DNA from: Verrucomicrobiales bacterium
GTDB lineage: Bacteria; Verrucomicrobiota; Verrucomicrobiia; Limisphaerales; Palsa-1400
DNA length: 64,000 nt
NCBI GenBank assembly: GCA_003140095.1
Contig: PLIU01000157.1
Location: forward strand, 971-64,970
Direction of reading: 5' to 3'
Position 1 is the stretch's first letter. Every line of letters starts with the position of its first letter. Positions 54,159-62,562 of the stretch are shown here, piece after piece. The translations under genes were made by a program, and so were the position numbers. Under the pieces are notes generated by a model. That model ran no database searches, was not told the DNA's origin, and was given only the letters and a program-made list of their open reading frames with translations.

Positions 54159-54459
54159 GGCAATAAATTGCCCTTGGCACCCTCTCTCTTGTAGTAAAAG
54201 GACACTGCAAAGCTGCTAAAAAAGCAACAAAACGATATCGGCGCACGCGGCACTGGAAAGCATTAAGCACAACTTATGCCGCCATCGCATATTAGTCGTA
54301 ACATATTATGCCATAATATCTTAAGTAATTTTTGTCTGCAAAATGATGTGAGGAATTGCTGTTCCTTTATGACCACGCTGGCTCATTTGATTCACAGATT
54401 GTTCATCTGCCGTTAAGCGAGAGTTCATCCAAGAAGAAATGAAGGATTTTGAAGGGTTT

Positions 54460-54488
54460 TTGACAGTCTGCCGTCAAAAGATTATACT
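54460..54488 (+). promoter_or_regulatory. Near-consensus sigma70-type promoter TTGACA-N17-TATACT
   Basis: TTGACA 54460-65, 17-nt spacer, TATACT 54483-88. It sits in a 28%-GC island, 62 nt upstream of ATG 54550. The -35 lies inside the palindrome TGAC-N8-GTCA. Confidence 0.55.
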
Positions 54489-54549
54489 TAAAAAAGTATT
54501 AAAATCTTGATGGCGACAATCAATTTCGCCTTAGAGAGAATGGTCAAAT

Positions 54550-54825
54550 ATGAAAACGAAGAGTTTTAGATGCACCATCGGATCTGGTATGGCGGTCGCG
54601 GCGGTAGTCGGAATGCTGGCTGCGTTGCCGGCCCAAGCTGGAGGCGGTCTGATCAAGATTACCCATTCCGATACGTACCACAAGTGGAGGACTCAGCCCG
54701 TGGCGCCAACTGTGGCGAAAGTTCAGCCAAAGGCGAGTCATACGCAACCCGAAGTGCAAGTGGCCGTCATGGCAAAATCGCCATCGCAGCCGGCGGCAAA
54801 GAGTGCTGTTTTTATCCGGCGATGA
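54550..54825 (+). CDS. Small secreted protein (91 aa; about 61-aa mature), no recognisable family
   Basis: Signal peptide MKTKSFRCTIGSGMAVAAVVGMLAALPAQA|GGG. The mature part is rich in P/Q/K/A. A strong promoter lies upstream. Confidence 0.5.
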   Translation: MKTKSFRCTIGSGMAVAAVVGMLAALPAQAGGGLIKITHSDTYHKWRTQPVAPTVAKVQPKASHTQPEVQVAVMAKSPSQPAAKSAVFIRR

Positions 54826-54972
54826 CGGTGAACGGCGTGCCGCCGAGAGGCAACAACGGGCTGCGTTCCTGAATGCTCAAGTCATGACTTGCCATGACTT
54901 GCCGACATCGGTTGGCGAAGATTTATTGTCGTCGCGCACGGCGATTTCGCTTCGTGGTGATGGGTTATATTT

Positions 54973-57312
54973 CTATTTTTCCAAGGGCGGAATGGATTCG
55001 ATGGTCGGGGCGTTGGTGCCGGCATCGTGTTTGGCTTTTTCTTTGGCTTCTTTCTTGGCCTCTTTCTTGGCCTTTTCCGCCCGCTTTTCGGCATCTTTGA
55101 GCATTGCCTTTTCGAGGATGGCGCTGCTGTCTTCCTGCTCGTGTTCGATTTCCAACTCGGCGGCCTTGACGCCCGTGAGCTTGTTCCTTTCCCTCGTCGC
55201 CACGATGGCGGCCATTTCGGGGTCCGCCAAAACGGTCGGGCGCATGAGCATGATCAACTCGGTGCGAAGGTTTTGAATGGCTGTGCTCTTGAAGAGGTTG
55301 CCGAGCACGGGAATGTCTTTCAATACAGGGATGCCGGTATCGGAAGTGCTGCGGCTGTCGCTGATGAAGCCGCCCAGAATGATGGTCTCGCCGTTGAGCA
55401 CCGCGACTTTGGCGCCGGCCGTGCGCTTGGTGGTGGTGGGAACGGCACCCACGCCGGTGATGTTCACGGAGGGGCCGAGTTGTTCGACATCGGCTGCAAT
55501 GTCCATGACGACCAGGCCGTCGGGATTAATCAGCGGGAGGATTTGCAGGTGGATGCCAACCTCCAACTGGCTGTATTGCGAACTGGGGCCGGAAGAGTAG
55601 CCGTAATTGTAGGAGCCGGTGATGTAGGGGACGGTCTTGCCAATGAACATGTCGGCCGGCACGGCGTGCGAGGTCTGGATGCGGGGACGGGAAAGAATAA
55701 TGGAATGACTGTCGCTGGCCGCGGCTTCCATGACGACATTAAGATCGTCCCCGAATTTGGCGAAATAACTGAACCCGCCGGGAAGATTGGCCAGAGTGGA
55801 GCTGCCGATGGCGGAGGAAACGCTGCCGCTGGCATTGGTGGTGGAGCTGCCGGAACCGGTCAGAAAGCCAGCGGCGGCGGAACTGAGATTGTTGAGGCCG
55901 CCGGCGCCGGTGAACGAACTGCCGCCCTGGCGCTGGGCCAGGTAGCTCACGCCGGTGCTCTCGGTGCCACTGAGGTTGATTTCCATGATGATGGCGTCAA
56001 TGAGCACCTGCTGCAAGACGACATCCAGTTTGCCGATGATGTTGGTGATCATCTTCATATCCTCGTCATTGGCGAAGACCAGGAGGGAATTGGTGCGTTC
56101 GTCAGCGATGATCTTGGTATTGCTTAACATTTGGAAACTCCCGGCGCCGGCCGCGTTCTGCACGATCTTACTGAGGTTGTTTTGGAAGGAACTGCGCGCG
56201 CTGGTGGCACCGGAGGCCAGGGGGCTGGTCGAGTTGGCTTGGCCATAGACGCCGCCGGTATTGCCGAAGCCGCCCGCGCCGCCGATGCCGCCCGCGCCGC
56301 CGTAGCCGCCCGTGCCGCCGTAGCCGCCCGTGCCGCCGATGCCGCCGTTCATGCCGCCGGTGGTGAGGCCGTTGCGGCTAGGGCCACCGAACTGGGTTCC
56401 TGAGGAGGGTCTCCCGACGCTGCCGCCGCCACTGGCGCCCAACTGGCTAAGGGCCGAGGCAATATCGCTGGCCAACGCGTATTTGATCTTGATCACCTCC
56501 GGCTTAATGGTCAACGTCGTTTGCACGTCAATTCTTTTGACCATTTCCACCATGCGGTTGACGTTTTCGGCGTAATCCCGCAGGATGAGAGTCTGGGTGC
56601 TGGGCAGGGCGATGATGCTCTTGGGCATCTTGGAAAAGGGCTGGAGCACATCGGACAGGTCTTTGATGTCAGTGTATTTGATTTGGATGATTTGAGTCAC
56701 CATCTTGCCGGCTTGGGCCAGGTTGTTGGTATTGGTGGAAATAAGGCCGCCCTCCATGCCGGCCTGGGCCTCCACGACCACCTTGTCAAACTTGTCTCCA
56801 ATGGGGACGATGGTGATGCCATTCATGCCCAGGACCATTTCCAAGGCGGCAATGGCCTCCGAGCGAGTCAGGGGGCTTTGAGTTTTGAGATAGATGGTGG
56901 CATCCTTTGGCACGCCCCCCTGGCCACTGGAGCGCAAAAGAGTTCGACCGACCAACTCCGCGTATTCGTCCAACAATTGGTCCACCGGCATGCCGGGAAA
57001 GTTATAATTGATGATAGCTACCTCGTTGGACTTTCCGGCCGCATTGGTGGACGCACCTCCCGGCATGGCCGGAACATTAGGCAAAGGGGGCGCCGTGGCG
57101 GGAACGGGCACGACGGCCGGAGTATTGGCATCCGCCGCGGGGGCGGTGGATGCAGCGGCTGCGGCTGACCGGCGTTGCGCGGCGCTGGGACGCGGCGGTA
57201 TCGGAACCTGGGCGACCTGCCAGCCGCGATCCAGACCGGAATCGGATTGAGCGCCCGCCCCGGTCGCCATCAACGCGAGCAGAGGCAAAGGCATGAGGAT
57301 TTTTAGGTTCAT
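54973..57312 (-). CDS. Secretin (GspD/PilQ family) with a Gly/Tyr-rich insert and a Lys/Glu-rich C-terminal tail
   Basis: Signal peptide MNLKILMPLPLLALMATGAGAQ. Repeated secretin-N modules (...IKYTDIKDLSDVLQPF..., ...IKIKYALASDIASAL..., ...KIIADERTNSLLVFANDEDM...). Secretin core ...SRPRIQTSHAVPADMFIG...VLNGETIILGGF...GIPVLKDIPVLGNLF...ELIMLMRPTV. Confidence 0.9.
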   Translation of the reverse strand: MNLKILMPLPLLALMATGAGAQSDSGLDRGWQVAQVPIPPRPSAAQRRSAAAAASTAPAADANTPAVVPVPATAPPLPNVPAMPGGASTNAAGKSNEVAIINYNFPGMPVDQLLDEYAELVGRTLLRSSGQGGVPKDATIYLKTQSPLTRSEAIAALEMVLGMNGITIVPIGDKFDKVVVEAQAGMEGGLISTNTNNLAQAGKMVTQIIQIKYTDIKDLSDVLQPFSKMPKSIIALPSTQTLILRDYAENVNRMVEMVKRIDVQTTLTIKPEVIKIKYALASDIASALSQLGASGGGSVGRPSSGTQFGGPSRNGLTTGGMNGGIGGTGGYGGTGGYGGAGGIGGAGGFGNTGGVYGQANSTSPLASGATSARSSFQNNLSKIVQNAAGAGSFQMLSNTKIIADERTNSLLVFANDEDMKMITNIIGKLDVVLQQVLIDAIIMEINLSGTESTGVSYLAQRQGGSSFTGAGGLNNLSSAAAGFLTGSGSSTTNASGSVSSAIGSSTLANLPGGFSYFAKFGDDLNVVMEAAASDSHSIILSRPRIQTSHAVPADMFIGKTVPYITGSYNYGYSSGPSSQYSQLEVGIHLQILPLINPDGLVVMDIAADVEQLGPSVNITGVGAVPTTTKRTAGAKVAVLNGETIILGGFISDSRSTSDTGIPVLKDIPVLGNLFKSTAIQNLRTELIMLMRPTVLADPEMAAIVATRERNKLTGVKAAELEIEHEQEDSSAILEKAMLKDAEKRAEKAKKEAKKEAKEKAKHDAGTNAPTIESIPPLEK
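56278..56349 (-). repeat. Four tandem 18-nt units (two perfect) encoding the GGxGG(T/A)GGYGG repeat of the secretin
   Basis: Plus-strand units are GCCGCCGATGCCGCCCGC, then GCCGCCGTAGCCGCCCGT twice (56296-56313 and 56314-56331), then GCCGCCGATGCCGCCGTT. Confidence 0.8.
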
Positions 57313-57329
57313 AGATTCTATTGACTAGC

Positions 57330-58142
57330 TTATTGGCTCTGAGCGGATTTAGGCACAGGCGGGGTTCTGGCAGGCATGGGAAGATTCTTTCCCGCGGGCG
57401 GCTGTTTGGCGGTCCCGGGCGGGGAGGGGCCGCCCGGTAGTCGTTTGTTGGCTGGCCCCTGCATGGGAGCGGGAACGCCGTGCGGTTTGGCAACGGAGGC
57501 GGCAGCGGGCTTGGGGGCGCCTGGGGCGGGTTTGGCTGCGGCGGCGCGTTTGTCCGCAGATGCACTTACGGCCGACGGCTGTTTTTTGGCGTAATTGGCC
57601 GTCAAGATAAGCGTGGCCTTGAGGCGATATCGGTTGGGATCGGCCGGCTGGAGGTCGAGGCGGGCGACGCGGATCATGGCCGAATCCATGCCCATGTGGT
57701 AAAGAAAGCCGACCAGTTGCTGCTCCTGGCATTCCAAGTTGATGGAGGAGGATTGCTCTTCGAAGAATTCGGTCGTTTTGACGGAGCCGGGGTTGATACT
57801 ACCGACATAGACACCGGTTTTGCGTTCCTGCGCGCGGATGGTATTTTGGAATTGAACCTGGGGGTCAACGGGGTGCTCCATCACGGTGCCGCCTTCTTCT
57901 TTAGTTAATGCATCCAATTGCTTCTTCCAGCCGTTGGTGGGGTTCCAATCCTGCTTGATGACTCTGTTTTCCGTTTCAATCTTGCGGTACATATCGTCGA
58001 GCTGTTTGTTGATGCTGCCCCAATCGCCGAAACGCGGCCAGACGAACAAGTAATTGAGCACGACAATGACCACCAGGAAGATGGCCGCGACAATGCGCCG
58101 CTCCTGCGCGGTCAAATTGAGCTGGCTAAGGAAATTATTCAT
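57330..58142 (-). CDS. PilO/GspM-like bitopic assembly protein with a Pro/Ala/Lys-rich periplasmic tail
   Basis: Short N-terminus, TM IVAAIFLVVIVVLNYLFVW, coiled-coil, then a ferredoxin-like block (...LVGFLYHMGMDSAMIRVARLDLQP...LKATLILTANY), then ~85 aa of PAK-rich low complexity. 8-nt overlap with the upstream gene. Confidence 0.6.
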   Translation of the reverse strand: MNNFLSQLNLTAQERRIVAAIFLVVIVVLNYLFVWPRFGDWGSINKQLDDMYRKIETENRVIKQDWNPTNGWKKQLDALTKEEGGTVMEHPVDPQVQFQNTIRAQERKTGVYVGSINPGSVKTTEFFEEQSSSINLECQEQQLVGFLYHMGMDSAMIRVARLDLQPADPNRYRLKATLILTANYAKKQPSAVSASADKRAAAAKPAPGAPKPAAASVAKPHGVPAPMQGPANKRLPGGPSPPGTAKQPPAGKNLPMPARTPPVPKSAQSQ

Positions 58143-59526
58143 CGCCGGTCTCCTTGAGTTTGCAGACGAACCGCCAATCCGTCACATTGTTGCCGATTTT
58201 GGGGAAGGTCAAGGGGCTGACCTCGGCAAATAATGTCTCTTCGGGCTTGTTGGGGTTGGGGATGTGGCGCAGCTCCTCGTTGAAGTTCTCCAAAGCGTCT
58301 AATTCGTCGGAGGAGGCGGTGCCTCGGAGTTCAAATTTTTCACGGTCAAAATGCATGGTCTCAATCGTCACGCCTTCGGGCAGTCGTTCGGCCACGGCTT
58401 TATAGCAATCCAAAGCGGCGAATTTAAGCGATTGGCGGAGTTCGCGGATATTCAGTTGTTCGCGGTCTTTGACGGCGTTGGTGTAGCTCAGGGAGTTGTG
58501 GGCCAAGTCCGATTTGACGCGATTGTATTTGGATTTCAGAGCGTAGAGGGCGCCAAAATACATCAGCACGCCGACGATGTAGAGGCTCAACACGGTAAAG
58601 ACGCCGCGCAGCCAGAGGCCATCCACGAATTGCTGGCGATAGCGCGTGGCGAAATCCGGCGGCAAGAGATTGGTGTCGACGCTGTTGGCGCAACGTTGGG
58701 CGCTCTGGGCCACCAATTGCGCCTCGGGGGGTGGGGCGCTCACGTGGATCTCATCGCCGGCCTGCTCGAATATTGGCGACCAGAACGCGGCATCCGTCGA
58801 ATTGGCCACCAGATGAATCTTCGGCGGTCCGGGCAGCCAGCCTTCCAATTCGCCGGCCCAGGCGATCTGCTGGATTTGTGTTCTCAGTTGCGGGCCGCGT
58901 TCCTGGCCGCTGGGCAGCGCCACCAAAGTGACGTTTTGCACCGAGCCTCCGTAGCACCACGCCACCAGCGCCGGTTCGCCGGGGTCGCCGGGAACAAGCC
59001 AAACGCCTTCCTCATTAATGTCCAACGCCAGCAATTGATCCAGTCCGGGGGCTTCAAGGCGGTCAGCCAGGAAGCCTTGCTTCTCCAATTGCCCCAAATA
59101 CTCCTCCGCCGCGCTGCGCGCCGCGATAATGACGATGACGGTCTGCAGCGCATCAGGCTTCTTGTGCGGGAGCGGCATCGAGTACACGCTCCAAACCACA
59201 TGCGTGACAGGCAGCGGCGAGAGCTTTTCCATCTGCAACTCCACCATCTGCGAAATTTCGGCCGCCTCGCCGGCCGGCAGTTGGACGGCGCGCAAAAAGA
59301 CTTTCTCCGGCGGCAGCCAGGCGATATTGAGCTTGGGACGGAAGAGAGTCTGCCAATCCTTGGCCGCCACGCCTGCGGGGAGCGGATCATTGGCCAGCAG
59401 CGCCTTTTCCTCCTGGACCGTAAAGCGGTCGCCACTGGCGGAGAGCTGCCAGAAGCGCCGGCCCGCGACGCTGGTGTGGAGGAGATTGACGGATTGCCAG
59501 CGGGGCATCAGGAACCTTTCACCCAA
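58135..59526 (-). CDS. GspL-like / fused PilM-PilN-like assembly protein
   Basis: 463 aa. A ~300-aa cytoplasmic domain, one TM (GVFTVLSLYIVGVLMYFGALYAL), and a ~130-aa periplasmic PilN/GspL-C-like domain. Assigned by position between the ATPase and the PilO/GspM-like gene. The alternative start ATG 59508 shares one nucleotide with the ATPase stop (TGATG). Confidence 0.55.
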   Translation of the reverse strand: MGERFLMPRWQSVNLLHTSVAGRRFWQLSASGDRFTVQEEKALLANDPLPAGVAAKDWQTLFRPKLNIAWLPPEKVFLRAVQLPAGEAAEISQMVELQMEKLSPLPVTHVVWSVYSMPLPHKKPDALQTVIVIIAARSAAEEYLGQLEKQGFLADRLEAPGLDQLLALDINEEGVWLVPGDPGEPALVAWCYGGSVQNVTLVALPSGQERGPQLRTQIQQIAWAGELEGWLPGPPKIHLVANSTDAAFWSPIFEQAGDEIHVSAPPPEAQLVAQSAQRCANSVDTNLLPPDFATRYRQQFVDGLWLRGVFTVLSLYIVGVLMYFGALYALKSKYNRVKSDLAHNSLSYTNAVKDREQLNIRELRQSLKFAALDCYKAVAERLPEGVTIETMHFDREKFELRGTASSDELDALENFNEELRHIPNPNKPEETLFAEVSPLTFPKIGNNVTDWRFVCKLKETGDE

Positions 59527-61262
59527 CCGGGTTGTTTGGAGTCTTCCACCAGCGATTTGAGGTGTTCCTCTGTCTGCGTGACGCGCAGCACCTCTTCGAT
59601 GGTGGTCTTGGCCGCTTTGACCTTTTTCCAGCCGTCGTTGCGCAAGGTTCTCATGCCGTTTTCCATCGACTTGGCCGCAATGACCGAGGAGTTGGCGCGC
59701 GTCATGATGAGCGAACGGATATCTTCATCCATGAAGAGCAGTTCGTAGATGCCCATGCGCCCCTGGTAGCCCAATTGCCGGCATTCCTCGCAGCCGGCGC
59801 CTTTGCGGAATTTGGTGGTGTCGATCTCATTTTCGGGGAAACCGATCCGTTTCAAATAGGCGCGCTCGACCTTTTGATCGGTCATGCACTTGGGACAGAT
59901 GGTGCGTACCAACCGTTGGGCCAGCACGGCCTCGACCGAAGAGGCGACCAGGAATGGCTCAATGCCCATGTCGATCAAACGGGTGAAGGCGCTGGGCGCG
60001 TCGTTGGTGTGCAACGTGCTGAAAACAAGGTGCCCCGTCAGCGCGGCGCGAATGGCGATCTCCGCCGTTTCCAAGTCGCGGATTTCCCCCACCATGATCA
60101 CGTTGGGGTCCTGGCGTAAAATGTGGCGCAGGCCCATGGCAAAGGTCAGGCCGATGTCGGAGCGCACCGCGATCTGGTTGATGCCCTTAAGCTCATACTC
60201 GACCGGCTCCTCAATGGTGATGATTCGCTTGGTCACTGAATTGATCGTACTCAGAAATGCGTACAAGGAAGTCGATTTGCCCGATCCCGTCGGCCCTGTG
60301 ACCAGGAAAATGCCGTGCGGTTTGACGATGATCTCGCGGATGCGCGATTCCTCCGCGGGGTCGAAACCCAGCTTGTCCAGGCTCAGAAATATCTTGCCGC
60401 GCGTGAGCAAGCGCAGGGAGACGCTTTCGCCATAGACCGTCGGCACGGTGGAAACGCGGATGTCGATTTCCTCCCCTTTGATGCGCACATTGATGCGTCC
60501 GTCCTGGGGCAGGCGTTTTTCGGCGATGTTCATGCCGGACATGACCTTGATGCGCGAGATCAACGAGGCCTGGTAACGTTTCAACTGCGGCGGCATGGGC
60601 GTCTGGTGCAGAATGCCGTCAATCCGGTAACGGATGCGCAACTCGTCCTCGGCCGGCTCGAAGTGAATATCCGTGGCCCGGTCTTTGAAAGCCTCCCAAA
60701 TGATCTGATTGACGAATTTGATGACGCTGGCCTCCTGGTCCCCTTCGGTAATTTCCTTGTCGTCCACCAGAAGGTCCAGCGGCTCGTCTTCCTTGGCGAT
60801 TTCGTCCAGCGTCTCGGCGCCGACCCCATAGAATTTCTTGAGCGACTTTTCGATTTCCGTGCGCGTGGTCAGGGCGAAGTTGACCGGCACGCGGGCGTCG
60901 AACTGCACGGCGCTGAGCATGGCGGCATCGAAAGGGTTGCTGACGACGACCTGCAATTGGCCCTGCTCGAACTGGATAGGCAGCACGAAGTACTGGAAGG
61001 CGACCTTGGTGGAGAGGCGTTTGCGGGCTTCGTGGGAGACCTCCGTTTTGGCCAGATCAATGAACGGCCAGCCCAGGGCGCCGGCCAGTTCCTGGAGGAA
61101 AAGCTCCTCAGTGCAGCCCTTCTCGCGGGCGATAAAGGCCAGCAACGTCTCCTGCGAACCGCCCTCGGCCGTTAGGCGCCAGGCCTTGTTCCAATCAGCG
61201 AACTGGCGCGGGGTGGCCAGGTTATGCGTTTCCAGCAGCGTCTTAATTGATGCGATTGCCAT
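59508..61262 (-). CDS. Type II secretion / type IV pilus assembly ATPase (GspE/PilB family) with an N-terminal GspE-N/MshEN-like domain
   Basis: ...VTGPTGSGKSTSLYAFL (Walker A), ...IITIEEPVEY..., ...RQDPNVIMVGEIRD (Walker B/Asp box), ...GHLVFSTLHTNDA (His box), tetracysteine CPKC...CEEC. Confidence 0.9.
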   Translation of the reverse strand: MAIASIKTLLETHNLATPRQFADWNKAWRLTAEGGSQETLLAFIAREKGCTEELFLQELAGALGWPFIDLAKTEVSHEARKRLSTKVAFQYFVLPIQFEQGQLQVVVSNPFDAAMLSAVQFDARVPVNFALTTRTEIEKSLKKFYGVGAETLDEIAKEDEPLDLLVDDKEITEGDQEASVIKFVNQIIWEAFKDRATDIHFEPAEDELRIRYRIDGILHQTPMPPQLKRYQASLISRIKVMSGMNIAEKRLPQDGRINVRIKGEEIDIRVSTVPTVYGESVSLRLLTRGKIFLSLDKLGFDPAEESRIREIIVKPHGIFLVTGPTGSGKSTSLYAFLSTINSVTKRIITIEEPVEYELKGINQIAVRSDIGLTFAMGLRHILRQDPNVIMVGEIRDLETAEIAIRAALTGHLVFSTLHTNDAPSAFTRLIDMGIEPFLVASSVEAVLAQRLVRTICPKCMTDQKVERAYLKRIGFPENEIDTTKFRKGAGCEECRQLGYQGRMGIYELLFMDEDIRSLIMTRANSSVIAAKSMENGMRTLRNDGWKKVKAAKTTIEEVLRVTQTEEHLKSLVEDSKQPGWVKGS

Positions 61263-62440
61263 ACCTCAGTATTCCAGACAATGAAACAAGGCGCGATACA
61301 AAAAGTTGCGCCACAACGATGTATTATCGGCGCGACGCCGGGTGCCTTGACCCCAAAAGGCGGCTCTTGGGTTGCGCGACCGACTCGCCCGCGGCCGTCG
61401 GCGTTTCCCCGGCGGAAACGGCGCCGCGGCGCGGATGTTCGCCATTAGGCGAAAATATGAGGAAACGGCAAGGGATTTGGGGACAAAAAGGGCGAAGCAA
61501 GGTCACAATGAGAATTGGCGCTCTCGCAAGCGAGATTGGAATTCGACTAGCGAATAAGTCCTGACGCCCCGGACAATGATCTCTGAACCGGTATTTGGAC
61601 CCGTGCTCAATGCTTCGCCGATTCTTTTTATACGCCTGCGGCCAAAAAACCGCAACAAAAAGTTATTCACAATTTCACAATTTTCAAACTGAGCCGGCCC
61701 ACTCATTTCGAAGACTCGTTAAATTATCCTGGCCATGACGATCATCTGTGGGCGGGGGTCGAATTTTTATTCTCGAATTTTCTGGAGCAAGCTGTAATTT
61801 TACCGCGTGTCCTTGCCTCCGGCGAAGGCTTCCGGCCGCTTCTTGCTCGTGGCGGCAACGAGCCGGCAAGCATTGTAGGCCGCGTGCCTCACGCGGCGCC
61901 TCTTCCTGAGTAATGGTGCGCCGTGGCTCTTGCGACGGCGGTGGGGAAGGCGCGGTCGCTTTATCGTCTGTGGCGATGAGATATTGAAATAATTGCACGG
62001 CGGGGCTGGAATTGGGGTGGATTGTCATGCCTGGGTGGGGCGGAGAACTGTCGCTGGCATGCGCCATTCGCGTCCATTGGCGGTTCAAAAAAAAATGTCA
62101 GACGTCTGGTCTCGCGGAGAACTGCCGCCAGAGGCTTCATGCCCTTTTTCATCACCCTTTTCATCACTCATTTTGTATGTCTATTTAACATTCTGAATGT
62201 AATATGCTCACATATTCAGATATTGCAACATATTTCGCAAAGTATTTTGACCCGCTTACAGTTCCCCTGTTTCATGCGCCTGGATGGCTCCCGTCCGCCA
62301 TGGGATCGCGAACGGCAACTTGGCTGGCATTGTTCTCAATTTCTCCGCGCCCTCCGCGGCTCCGCGCGAGAAACCTCATTCCATTCCTGCGCGACTTCGT
62401 GCATGGCATCCACCCTATGCTCTCTGGCACCCCTTTGTTG

Positions 62441-62556
62441 GGTTCGTTTCTGTTCAAAACCATCCCTGCACCCATCCGTGAAATCAGTGAAATCCGTGGT
62501 CCATCCTTTGGTTGCTGCTTCGCCGCGCTAAGCTCTTTGCGCTCTTTTGTGGCCAC
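62441..62556 (-). repeat. Short dispersed repeat, copy B, begins ~8 nt after the stop of the SBBP gene
   Basis: The reverse complement reads GGCCACAAAAGAGCGCAAAGAGC...CCACGGATTTCACTGATTTCACGG...GAACAGAAACGAACC. It shares the 14-nt core GCCACAAAAGAGCG (62540-62553) and the ACGGATTT and AACAGAA..ACGAAC blocks with copy A. It contains tandem GTGAAATC on the plus strand (62478-62495). Confidence 0.45.
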
Positions 62557-62562
62557 TTCAAA

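Noticed and set aside
54550-54825. Small secreted protein as a PEP-CTERM exosortase substrate.
   Set aside because: The C-terminus (...SAVFIRR) lacks the PEP motif and a full transmembrane helix before the basic residues.
61263-62200. c-di-GMP (GEMM) or other riboswitch upstream of the secretion ATPase.
   Set aside because: I could not find the conserved GEMM-I/II core sequences or a tetraloop/receptor arrangement on the minus strand by eye. It requires an Infernal/Rfam scan.
61684-62531. ORFs 61684..62088(-), 61961..62167(-), 62022..62531(+), 62204..62581(+) and 62272..62556(-) as genes.
   Set aside because: They overlap each other in several frames, are P/R/S-rich or built from the tandem/dispersed repeats (MKRVMKKGMK, SVKSVKSV, REISEIRG), and have no family motifs.
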